From positions 28,503,818 through 28,567,817 of the forward strand of contig NC_081360.1 in assembly GCF_030684315.1 (NCBI RefSeq): DNA of 64,000 nt, given 5' to 3'. Source of the DNA: Stegostoma tigrinum. Lineage: Eukaryota. The number at the start of each line of letters is the position of its first letter. Within the stretch, counting starts at the first letter, position 1. The position numbers and the translations under genes are program-made. Under the pieces are notes generated by a model. It worked only from the letters and a program-made list of their open reading frames with translations, had not been told where the DNA came from and ran no database searches. Positions 52,300 to 63,714 of the stretch are shown piece after piece.

Positions 52300-53450
52300 T
52301 GCAACCAAATGTATTGACCATTATAAGGTACTAAAAGACAAATAAAGTGAGAAAATTAAAATAACATGAGGTTATAGAAGTCAATAGAAATTACCAGAAA
52401 AACTAATACAACTAAAGGTTGGACAATGGTGGATGTATTGGTTTAGAACTTCCAGAATTCCTTGGATTCCAGAATATTTGGAAGTTTCTAAACCTATCAT
52501 TTCAGAAAGATCAGAGAGGGAATATAGGGAAATGTAGGCCAGTCAACTTGATACCTAGAGTGGGGAGAATTCCTGAATTTGTTTTTAAGGATGTAGTAAT
52601 AAGGACTTTGGAAAATCACTGTACGACGAGGTAGTGTCAACATTATTTTAGAGAAAGGTTAATTGTACTTTAAAAATTCATTAAAGGTTTTTGTAGTTCT
52701 AACCAACAGGCTAGATAGATAGAGATAGTGGGAACTGTCGATGCTGGAGAATCTGAGATAACACGGTGTGAAGATGGATGAACACAGCAGGCCACGCAGC
52801 ATCAGAGGAGCAGGAAAGCTGATGTTTTGAGTTGAGACCCTTCTTCAGAAAAATTTTTCCAGCTTCACATCGTGTTATGTTAGGCTAGATAGATGGATTT
52901 CCAGAATAGATTCAAATACATGCCAGACATTAGATTGTTGGATAATATTCAAGTTTGTGGAATTGAGGGTAGTGTATTAGAATGTACTGAGAATTGGTTT
53001 ACAGTGAGAACAGAAATAAACAGTTATTTTTGTTATTGGGAGTATAATTAGTAGAGTTATGAAAGGGTCAGTGCTTAGACTTCTACCATTTGCAATCTGT
53101 ATCAGTGAGTTAGATGAGAGGAATATTGTGGCTTTGTTGTTTCCTCTAAAGGCTAAAACCTCAGAATAAATTTTCAGGCTTTTAAGAATGAAATATAGAG
53201 AAAATTCTTTGATTTGAAGTTTGTGACTATTTGGAATTCTGTATTCAGGTGTGCTGCGAATGCTAAGTCAATGAATATATTCAGGACAGAAGTCTTTACA
53301 TTTTTGGGCACAAAGGAAATCAAAAGATGTGGAGATAGTGTGGGGGGAAGAAACAGATTGCTGTAGATGTTGAGCTGTGATGGTACTGAATGGCAGACCA
53401 GACTAGGTGGGCCATGTGACCAGTATGCTTTCTCCTATTTCTTATATCCT
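52300..53450 (+). mobile_element. Degraded CR1
   Basis: ORF 52419-52634 (GKCRPVNL) and CR1 3' UTR. Confidence 0.6.
52721..52881. mobile_element. PLE terminal-repeat asymmetric hairpin
   Basis: TSD AGGCTAGATAGAT at 52708-52720 and 52882-52894. Confidence 0.85.
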
Positions 53451-53844
53451 GGTTTTGGTTCCCTTATAAAATTCTGTGGTGTAGATGAATTTTCAAATGT
53501 GCAAAATCCTTAAATTATTCTGCCCTGCCTCATGTATTCAGTATTTCAGATGAGGAAAGGCTCCACAGTACCTTCCACACTGCGGAACAACTGTAGCTTA
53601 AAAGGAGTTAGTGAGAATTTTTCACTATTTCTGGCATTGTAGACCTTAAGCGTTACATTTTCCCAGAGTCCATTGCAATCAAGCCAGCTTCCACCATTGC
53701 AGGATTTCTGATTCTTGAAGCTGCTTGTAATACAGACTGAATCTGACATTGGCACAGAGGCCATTTATGATATGGTAAATACAGTTTACGAAATTCATTG
53801 CTGTGTTTTTTCACAAGTTTGCAGAACTCATCACATATATGAGA

Positions 53845-54090
53845 TGTAAGCCTTGGTTTAGCGATGCCACTATTAGCTCCGAGTCTAATGGTTGTGGGTC
53901 AAGATCTTGACAAATTATTTAGGCATTGCACAGATGTGCCAACTTTGAGATGAAGTGTTAAACCAAGACCTCACCTTCCCCCACGGTTGAATGTTAAAGC
54001 CTTCACATCCGTATTTTGAAGAAAACAGAAGAAATTCTAATTGATACCCTGGTCAATACTTATTCCTTTAGCAATTTGCACTGGAAAAAA
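53845..54090 (+). mobile_element. Deu-domain SINE remnant (SacSINE1/AmnSINE1-like)
   Basis: GATGAAGTGTTAAACCAAGACC..TATTTTGAAGAA..CCTGGTCAATACTTATTCC. Confidence 0.6.
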
Positions 54091-54110
54091 GAGCTTGTGT
54101 CCTTATCATA

Positions 54111-54453
54111 GATAACAAAGTGTGAAGCTGGATGAACACAGCAGGCCAAACAGCATCTCAGGAGCACAAAAGCTGACGTTTCGGGCCTAGACCCTTCATC
54201 AGAGAGGGCGATGGGTTGAGGGTTCTGAAATAAATAGAGAGAGAGGGGGAGGCAGACCGAAGATAGATAGAGGAGAAGATAGGTGGAGAGAGTTGCAGTG
54301 GGAGAGAGATTCCCTGAGGTTGGTCCGGAGGGAGGAGGGTAACTTCTTCAGGTTAGGCATCCCTGGAAGAGGCTTTGCAGTGAGGTTAAAATTGTGATCA
54401 GAGATCATGGGAACTGCAGATGCTGGAGAATCCAAGATAACAAAGTGTGAAGC
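54111..54453 (-). mobile_element. Internally deleted mini-PLE with direct terminal repeats
   Basis: GATAACAAAGTGTGAAGCT at both ends; contains internal segment, 3' UTR piece homologous to 330-415, and hammerhead. Confidence 0.8.
54175..54202 (-). ncRNA. Minimal hammerhead ribozyme motif with intact core
   Basis: CUGAUGA-A-GGG(UCUAGG)CCC-GAAAC-GUC; CU/AG helix I start. Confidence 0.7.
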
Positions 54454-55057
54454 TTTGCTTTTACTGAGGTCTTAATTTGCTGTCACAACTTCAAGTATTT
54501 GAGTGTCTGAAAAGTGTGTTGGTATACCCTAAGATCAGAAAAGGTGTTCTATCTATGCAGCTTCTTAAACATGAGCTGGAAAGATTATCCTGATGAGTTA
54601 GTCATCAATGTATTTAATTTGGAGCCAGAAAGACACAAAATTATTTGCAAAATTAGCTAAATATTTATAATTGCATTTATACCTAATCTGGTTCCTTTGG
54701 TGAAAAGTGTGAATTTGGGTGTTATTTTCAATGCAATGTTTGAGGCAGTAACAAAAGGTCATCTTCCTTCATCTATGCGAAAGACACTGTTAATCTTTTG
54801 CGTGTCCTCAAGGTTTCAGTTCAACGAAAGCGAAACCAACATGAAACCTATGAGAAGTAATCTTTGTCCATCCATAGATTAATTTTGCTAAAGTGAACTG
54901 GTATCATGGTCAGTGGCAGAGAGGGGACATTATTGGGCACAGAAAGGCCAGCATGTCAGTAACCTGACATGATCCTACTTTTACTGAGGGTACTTTGAAG
55001 ATGAGCAAACAGAAACCAACAGTGCTGTCGTGTCCGTAACTTGAATATATTAAAAGT

Positions 55058-55266
55058 GAAGAGATAATGGGAACTGCAGATGCCACAGAGTCCAAGATAA
55101 CAAAGTGTGAAGCTGGATGAACACAGCAGGCCAAGCAGCATCTCAGGAGCACAAAAGCTGATGTTTCAGACCTAGACCCCTCTGAAGGGTCTAGGCCCAA
55201 AACGTCAGCTTTTGTGCTCCTGAGATGCTGCTTGGCCTGCTGTGTTCATCCAGCTTCACACTTTGT
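55058..55266. mobile_element. PLE terminal-repeat hairpin insertion
   Basis: ~85-nt inverted arms meeting in the ribozyme; TSD TATATTAAAAGT at 55046-55057 and 55267-55278. Confidence 0.9.
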
Positions 55267-55309
55267 TATATTAAAAGTCAATACAGTTTCATTCATGCAA
55301 CTGTTAAAT

Positions 55310-55640
55310 GCATAACATAAGCATTAAGAGCAGGAGTAGCCTATTTGGTCCCTCGAATCTGCTGTGCCATTCAATAAGATCACGGCTGACCTGATTATGG
55401 CCTTAACTCTCTTTCCTTGCCTGCTTCGCAACTGCCACCAACCACCACCACTACTGCACATTTTTGACTCCTTTAGAGACCAAATTGCATATTTCAAATG
55501 ATCCAGTATCCACAGCTGTCTGGGGCAGAGAAATCCAATATTGATGACCCTCCTCCTCCTCCTCTGTCTTAACTGAGAGACCTGTTATTTTGACAATGTT
55601 TTCCTGAATTTTAGATTCCCTCAGAAGGGGAAACATTCTC
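55310..55640 (-). mobile_element. CR1 3' end
   Basis: GAGCAGGAGTAG.C.ATT..GCCATTCAATAAGATCA tail. Confidence 0.7.
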
Positions 55641-58600
55641 TTTTTCTTTAGTTTTCCCTATATTCTTCCATTTGTATTCCTTTATCTTGTTAGTTTTTCC
55701 TCCGAATACATTATTTCACACACTTTTCCAGATAGAATTCCATTCGCCCAGCATTCTGTCCACCTGTCTAGCCCATTGGTAGCTTCTGGCAGTCTGCACC
55801 ATTCTTTTGTACACCAATCTGAATTCTTTTTTCTTTTGCTAACTCCCTAATCATATTCAAGTCCTAATTATTAGTGTACAAGCTGACCCTCTGGTCCTGT
55901 ATCCAGGAAATAAAAGTGAAATTGAGGATAGAATTTTTTTTAATTAAAATAAGCTTTTATGAAGTAATAAGCTGAGATATTCATTAGCACAATATATCAC
56001 AAACAGTCAATGTGGTTTTATTCCATTAATATTCTGACTGCTGTACATACTTCTATTTTTTGTGAAGGTACAGTTGAGATTAATAAACTTGAATGAAAGG
56101 TATTAAATCCGAAATCCAGAATTCAAAAATGTACCCATGAAGTAATGTATTTGAAACATTTTTTAATATCCATGCAGTGACTTCATTAATAATTTTAAGA
56201 CCATTAATAGAAAACAACTATTTAAATTCACCCAGTCTTTGTAGTCAAAACTGTCTTGACAAAAAAATATTATTTTCATATTAAACTAGAGTCAGGCCAA
56301 GTTAATTAGGTTTATGACTTTTCCTGTACGATTTCTCTGTATCCTCAGTGTTTCTCTTGAAATCCTCAATCAAAAATCTACATTTATACCTATTTCCACA
56401 ATGTTTATTAGTACCTTGAATACAGCTTCAACATTGTGAAATACATCATCAATATTAACCTTCTTTGTATTTTCAGGGTTACTGACTGTGTTTTCTGTTT
56501 ATCGAAACATTAAATCTTTCGAGCTGGATTGCATTAGAAGTTATTCCTTGGTGATCTCCTGAGCTGTTTTATTTTCTGATGTTTTAAAGAAGTGTTTGAT
56601 TTTGTTGCCATAAGGAGGACATTTGGTAGGTCTGATAGCTCACGTAAGGGTGGCAGGCATATTTTACCATTTGTACAACACATGCTACTTCTTTCTTCCA
56701 ATTTCTTGCACCCCTATATCCATACAGCTCTGATCTGCCAATATTGCATTCTAACTCTGACTTAGCATTGCGATAAGGATCATAAACAAACACTTCCTTC
56801 AAACTGACGGTCTCTTATTTGCAACGCTGGTGGTGTCTGCATTCTGTCATTTCCTGTCAACTTCCCGTTGCCTTAATCTAGCCTCTTCAATATCCTTTTC
56901 TCTAATTGCAGCCTGTCAGTTTCTGTTGATTTCTGTTTTTGCTCTAATTCCATCTTCTTCCCAAATCTACGTATCTGTTACTTTCCCTTACTGAGCAATG
57001 ATAAGTTGCATTTCAGAATATAATCTAGAGGAACGAAACAGAATGTGAAAAAAAGAATTAAATGTGAAAGTCAGGATTTAGTACATAGGTTTGTAGTGTT
57101 GTTTCTCAGAATATACATTTCTAGTTATGTTTGGTTGAAACATTTGAGTTTTGCTGCCTGGGGTACCTTGGTTGCAAGATGCTTTGCTGGGAAGTCAAAG
57201 TCCCACCCCACCCACACTTTATTGGTGGGGCTACTTAGATGGCACCTCCCTTTCCAAATGCCCTTTGGTCCAAACTTGGTTGAGATCCCCCCCAATAACT
57301 TGAAGAGAATTTGCCAACAAAGAATAACAGGTATTTGACACGTCTATGTTTATAGAGATAAATTCCACAAAAACAAGAAACTGGAAATGGTCTTTCAGTT
57401 GTGAAAGAACATATCAAACATTACCCTAAGCTTCCTGTTAATTTGTCTGCTAGTCAATTTGTGTATCCTACGTGTCATTTTTCATGGGTTCGTAGAATTT
57501 TTCATGACTATCAAAAGCATTCCTAAAATTATATCAATTTCTATCAAGTTTGCTATTCCCAATGGCGGCATGTTTGTACCTTCTGCAAAAATAGAATTAA
57601 GTTTGGTAGTCAGAATACTAACTGAGTAAAACCATATTGGCTGTCTGTGATTCATCCTCATCTTTCTAAATGAAGATTATCCTGTCTCTGAGAAATTATT
57701 TCCAGTTATATTCCCATCAAGGTTACGTTGACTGAGGTCTAATTTTAATGATACAATGTTAGCCACTCGGTCTTTTGGCACCACATCTGGAGCCAGACTG
57801 ATTTGATAAGAGCCTTCACTTCTTTTTAACCTTTTGCTGTTATTGAACTAGAATACATTTAATTCAAGTGTATGGCTTTACCCTATTTTTAAAATTTTAC
57901 ACCTTTGCTTCCTCTCTCACTTCGTTCATTTCATCTAATGTCTCCCATTGTTCCTTGATTGCAGTAGCGATTTGATCCTTGTGGAAAAAGAGACATTTAT
58001 TAGGAACATCTTCCATTTCCACTCAAAGCTTAGAGTACTCTTAGAATCCCAGTACACTTTGTTCCGTTTGTTTTTGTGTTTATAAATGAAACCTCTAGGT
58101 TTTCCTCAGTTTTGCTTGCCATTATTTGATTACTGTTGAAAGCATTTTCCACTCTGAGGAAGCATAATACTCTGTCACTGAGAGCTCTAAATCCTGTCCA
58201 GCTGATGTCTCCACCCAGTAGACAATGATCGGAGTCTTTTAAATCCTTTCAAATAACTGGTGCAGAGCCTGTTTCTAGAATGGACTAGAAGGTGCTATTT
58301 TATATTACAGCACATTTTACATTGTAGTAGCTTTCAGCTGTGCAGATGAGACTGACCATGCTCCTGATGTCTGTGAATGAGCAGTGGTGGTACTGTAATG
58401 TTCTGTCTTGCAAAGATACTATGACAAAAGTGGGTGTCCTTTATAAAGGTGCAAAGGAGCGGTCTATAAACATATGAAATTCAGACAGAAAAGCGTCACC
58501 AGTCATTGAAATTGCATTTGAATTTGATAACCATTCGTGAATTATTCAGCCTAATCTGAAGTATGTGGTGAAGTAAGCATTGGTAAGGAATATCCATTTT

Positions 58601-59574
58601 TGTCTGTTATAATTTATATGCCCACTGCAATTAATCTGAATGCAAAAGTGAACGCTTGACAGCGTAAACAAACCCATGAAAAAACACATTCCCAGAGTAA
58701 AGTGCATTAAAACTGTTGCAGAAATAAAGAAGTAAAACTCTAATGGCTAACGTCAAACAGGTCATTAGAGAACTCTGCTTGATCAAGGCAGAATTCTGAT
58801 TTCCAGTGTGCACAGTTCATCTAGACAATCGACATGCTGTGGCAATCCCTTATTTGCATGTTAGGAATTGCAGTGCAGGACCACATTTAAAATATTTTCC
58901 ACTGGTCATGAGAACATTAGCATGACTTTATTTTTTGCACCATAGTCAGGAATTGACTGTGATTTGGGCACAGATCCATGAGCCTAATTCTTGAGGTTCA
59001 TTGATTTCCTGCAAGGCTTGTACACTGCTAGTATTGCTTTGCAAAGCTTACTTGTGTTTATTAATGTTCTCAATTCTCTGTTATATTTTGGCAAGGAGCA
59101 ATGTAATAAGAGGTGCGCATATGCTAAAACAAAGCCTGTGTTCTTCCTACATGTTAAGTATCTATCACTGCAGTTTAGGTTGTGAAATTTACATATATAT
59201 ATTTCAATCAAATTTATTTCTGAGTTTGGATTTTTGTACTTTGAACTAATAGCATATGCGTGCTCTGAGGGGCTAAAGGGTGTATCCGGTGATTAATTTG
59301 TAAGTATTTCTGCAGCCGTAATAGTCTTCTAAAACAGTTTGAGACAGAGCCTCCATAAACTAATGGATTTTTGTTTACACTGCAAATTAACAAAGTACAC
59401 AGGGTAGTGTAATTGACTTTATGGTGAGTGATTCTGGGTTTTTTTTTAAACTTAGAGGGCAACACCCACAACTTGGAGAGAAACCTTTCAGTTTTAGCTT
59501 GGGCGGAGTTCTGCAATGTTCTTAGCTAAAGATGGATGCAGAAAGTAATTGTTCCTATCATAGGAAGAGTATAC

Positions 59575-59782
59575 ATAAACAGAAGTTGCTGGAAAAGCAC
59601 AGCAGGTCTGACAGCATCTGTGAAGAGAAATCAGAGCTAACATTTCGGGTCCAGTGATGCTTCCTCAGATTGGACCTGAAACATTAACTGATTTCTCTTC
59701 ACAGATGCAGCCAGACCTGAGTTTTTCCAGCAAATCCTATTTTTGTCTCTGATTTACAGCGTCCAGAGTTCTTTTGGTTTTT
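59575..59782. mobile_element. Second-family PLE terminal-repeat hairpin
   Basis: Arms GCTGGAAAA..AGGTCTG..GCATCTGTGAAGAGAAATCAG and its inverse; junction at CTGAGGA core. Confidence 0.85.
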
Positions 59783-60314
59783 ATGGGAAGTATGTAGTTT
59801 ATGTTTGCTTTTTAAAAAAATTACCTCAGACTAAGCAGTCTATAATAGTTCCAGATTCGAGGTGTTTGAGTAAAATGCAGAAGGACTTATTTGAAGCAGT
59901 GAAAATTTTACATTTGGGTATATGAAGGTGCTGGCATAGGCTGAAAGATTGTCTGGACTGGGAGCTTTTATCACAGTTAGGCTAAACGTATTGAAATGAT
60001 AGAGGAAGCGATTCTCTGCAGTGTGAGGACTGCAACGAGTGTTTGTGGGATTGACTTGATTATATTTTTACTGTGTTTTGAAATGTTTTAAGTGTGTGCT
60101 CTTTATAAATATCTTTATTTATTCCACTGTTTCTGCATTTCTTTTCCATAATAAACTCCACTGTCAACCAAAATCTGCCATATTGCATGCTTATGTTGCA
60201 ATGAGCATCCGCCTCACTAAAACCAAAAATGAAGATCTTTCAAGCCAAAGTTCTGTCTGAGCTCTAGTTCATCGAATAATAGCATCAGTTGGTGTCATTA
60301 ATGGAATCCAAAAA

Positions 60315-60490
60315 GCCAAACCCTATACCTCTGTTGTTGAGGATATATGTTGCTTATTTTGAAATCCTTTTGTATGACCGATAGCCACAGGGAAGGTGCT
60401 GGAAGACTGGAGGTTCGCTAATGTGGTGCCACTATTTAAGAAAGGTGGTAAGGAAAAGTTAGCGAGCTATAGACCGGTGAGCCTGACATT
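60315..60490 (+). mobile_element. CR1 RT fragment
   Basis: EDWR.ANVVPLFKKGGKE..SYRPVSLT, similar to 7720-7845. Confidence 0.8.
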
Positions 60491-61414
60491 GAATCATCCA
60501 GATGGATTTAGCATGCAACATGTACTTTAAGTATTGTTCCTAAAGTATCTCACTGTTGAGATATAATATAATACAGGTAGAGTGTGTTGTTAGCTCAAAT
60601 TTGACAAACTGTGTTTGAAAATGTTATCATGATTGCACAGGGCCACTACAGTTCTTCAGTACAGATGTAAACTGCTGAGATCTCGTGTTCATACTATATA
60701 TTACTTGTAGAAATATTACAGTACAAGTGTACTAGTGACTATGATTGCATGACTGCCATGAATATTTTAATCATTTGCAGAACATCTTTTAAACAAACCT
60801 CAAGACACAATGCATCACTCAGCTGTGATTATTTGAAGCTCTTCTGGTTATTTTTCATAGCACATCTTGTAAAGATTGAGATAAAAGGGAAAAAAAAGAT
60901 ATGTAGGCCTTCACAGAATATGTTAAATGAGTCTTTGAACATCAACAATCCTTAAGACACTGCCTGGGCCCTGCAGAGAGTAAAGGGTTTGTTTTAATTG
61001 TCTTTCAAATGCCTTTTCTTTTGACTAAATCTGTGCTCATTTGTAAGACTGTGTTTCTGTAGAATTCTTTCGAACTGCATAAAGTCTGCCCACTATGATG
61101 TGTCCCTGGAGTCAATTCATTTCATTCCTTTAACCAAGTTGCATTTATATAAAATCTTTACCATGGTCAAATTTCATGAAGGCTGTTGATCAAATACTAA
61201 ATTGACTGAGATCCAATCAGCTAAAATTAAACCAAGCTAATTTTCTAATCTCTGGGAAACATTTATGTTTTGGTATTTATGGAGAATATATGAATTGTTA
61301 TTAATATTTGAGACATTAGTATGTATTCAAAATAATTTTTCATGTTCTGGATTGTTAGCATTCCATACTCAAAATCTTTATAACAGTGTAATAATTTGTG
61401 GGGTTTTTTTTTAG

Positions 61415-61500
61415 GTTAAACACCTTTCGTGACATACCTGATTTCCGAATCCTGGCGTGTGGAGGAGATGGGACTGTAGGATGGATCCTGGATTGTATTG
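61415..61500 (+). CDS. DGKG: Diacylglycerol kinase exon with ATP-binding GGDG motif
   Basis: TTTTTTTTTAG|GTTA...ATTG|GTATTT; 86 nt, phase 2-1; [28 protein letters not shown]. Confidence 0.95.
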
Positions 61501-61913
61501 GTATTTCCAATATACAGTAAAAGATTAATGTGAAATACTATTGTATTTTGTTTTTTTAATTCTATTTTTCACTCAAACTTCTCTTAACAGTGTAAAAACA
61601 ATGCTTTTGTTTAACCATAGTACATTTTGTCTGGCATATTAAGTAACATTGTTAATTGGCCATTTTTGAAACTACTTTGATACCCAGTACATTGTAAAGA
61701 CAGTACCACTCCGCATATGTAGCTCTAAACAGAGAAGCTAGTAGATGTTTCATTGTAAAAGTCTAAATGTGTATTTAGGATTCTCACTCATGTTATAGTT
61801 CGAGATAGTTGGTTTATAACCTGCCATTGTGGTGAAGAGCGGTCTATTTTTCAGCCTGCTCTTCCAGCTTTCAGTTTTACCTGAACTAAACCTATCTCTT
61901 GTCATTATTACAG

Positions 61914-62003
61914 ATAAAATCAATCTAGCAAAACACCCACCTGTAGCTGTATTACCATTGGGTACTGGAAATGATCTGGCTAGATGTCTGAGGTGGGGAG
62001 GAG
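61914..62003 (+). CDS. DGKG: Diacylglycerol kinase exon with LPLGTGNDL motif
   Basis: TTACAG|ATAAA...GGAG|GTAAGA; 90 nt, phase 1-1; (D)[44 protein letters not shown] and AVLPLG favour gamma over beta (recalled paralog sequences). Confidence 0.95.
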
Positions 62004-62250
62004 GTAAGAGTGAAACCCAATATCTACTGTAGATCCAATAAAATGTTTTGCCATTAAGCATGGTTCTGGTGGCTCTGGCTATGTAAACAAAATGTGTGGT
62101 CCAAACTTAAGCAAATGCGTTTCTCCAATTAAAAATTCCCAATAATGAAAATGCCTCTATTATTTTGCTCTAACAAGTAACAATCTATTCATATTGAGGA
62201 GTGTGCATTGCTGTTAAGGAGAGAGCTTGCTCCTTTCATGTTTTGCAAAC

Positions 62251-62396
62251 ATAACATATTGTGGAGCTGGAGGAACACAGAGGGCCAGTTAGCATCAGAG
62301 GAGGGAGAAGGCTGACGTATCGTGGTCAGGACCCTTCTTCCTCCTGTCCCACTGAGTTATGTCTGACTACAGCATCGACAATTCTTACTACCTCTG
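62251..62396. mobile_element. Old PLE terminal-repeat insertion with inverted end
   Basis: Decayed left arm through GACG..ACCCTTCTTC, then inverted tail. Confidence 0.6.
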
Positions 62397-62704
62397 AATG
62401 TTTTACATAAAGTTCTGTTTTGAACTTAAACTGCAATTCTTTGTGCTGCTCTGGGCAATTTCTAAAACAAAGTGTGCTGTAACATGGAATTTGGCTGGAG
62501 CCGTAGATTAGCTTAAGCCTCTACGTATGAATGGTTGTTGTGAGACCAAGGCTATTTGCTAATTTCCTTCAGTGTAGGTTTCTCCCCCCGGCCCTCCTCT
62601 TAACCTAACTTACTCCGCTGCACTCTGCAGTGCAGCCACCAGATTTTTACCTCACCCAGCTGGCTAAGTGCACAAGCTGCTCAACAAGGTCATTGGGGTC
62701 ATCA

Positions 62705-62852
62705 GCAAGGTCATTGGGGTCATTTAAGAGACTGCTGGACATGCATATGGTCACAGAAATTTGAGGGTGCATACATGCGGATTAATGGTCGGCACAACAT
62801 CGTGGGCTGAAGGGCCTGTTCTGTGCTGTACTGTTCTATGTTCTATGTTCTA
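62705..62852 (+). mobile_element. Short CR1 3' end related to the 14150 element
   Basis: GGCACAACATCGTGGGC..GAAGGGCCTG..(TTCTATG)n; 21-nt tandem duplication at 62681-62722. Confidence 0.85.
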
Positions 62853-63714
62853 ATACAAATAAGACCCAAATGTGAAAATAGTTCAGACCTCCAACTGTTT
62901 CTATTTGGTATGCAGCGGACTGAGGCTGTCCAATGGTAGCACCCACATTAATACTGACATTCGAATAATAGTTATGATGTGCTGGAAGCTCTTACTTGTC
63001 ACATATGCCTTTTAGGTTTTCTAAAAATATTATCTAGGTTACTCCAGGATGATGCTTATTTTTAACAGGCATATATAATGAAAGTAAATGGCTTGAATAT
63101 ATGGATCTGGTTTGCATCTGTACGCCTGAAAACAAATGTTTACATTGAAGTTTATTAAAACAGCATTTACTCTGTAATGTAACTGGGATCCTATGAGGAC
63201 AATTTCATCTGTACTGACTGTAATGAGATATTGTTGTTTATTCTCAAGGCTGTCAATTTAGTATTATATTAAAGAAGTGCTCCTTTGACAGAGTTGCTGA
63301 CTTTCACAATAGATTACTTTATTTGCTGCCTGACCGTTAATCTCATGGAAATGGTCACCTGTTCTTTGTGGAATCCACAAATTTGCATTGTGTTGAATTC
63401 ATTATCAGATGGGTTCTACAAAGAGTGAACAGTCTGTTTAACCAGAGCACCACCAGCACAGAAATCAAAGATGTATCCCATTGAATCAAAGTCCAATTTG
63501 AGTGCTCACCAAATATCCTATGGTAATGTTTGAAATAATTCTTTCTACAAATAATACCATCTTTACAACAAATTAACATGTATCACAAACACAGCTTGTG
63601 ATGTCTTGCTCTGCATAAATTTTCTTGTTGGATTCACCTACAAGAAAGGTATTTTGATATGAAATAGGTTGGAATGTTTTGAGGATGTGATCAAGTGACA
63701 GATACATTTTAAAG

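Noticed and set aside
21729-55266. Hairpins read as MITEs, pre-miRNAs or CRISPR-like repeats
   Set aside because: Variable junctions, unequal arms, variable TSD length and linkage to a GIY-YIG tail fit retrotransposition products; there is no repeat-spacer array.
56477-56540. Acceptor-like TTTCAG|GGTTA followed by CTGGATTGCATT, resembling a duplicate of exon 61415-61500
   Set aside because: In-frame stop, no GGDG motif, no donor; probably chance within decayed repeat sequence.
415-59670. Apparent depletion of intact hammerheads on the sense strand
   Set aside because: Too few intact cores, and several inactivating changes are ordinary CpG decay.
61501-61506. Weak donor GTATTT
   Set aside because: Still canonical GT and phase-compatible with the next exon.
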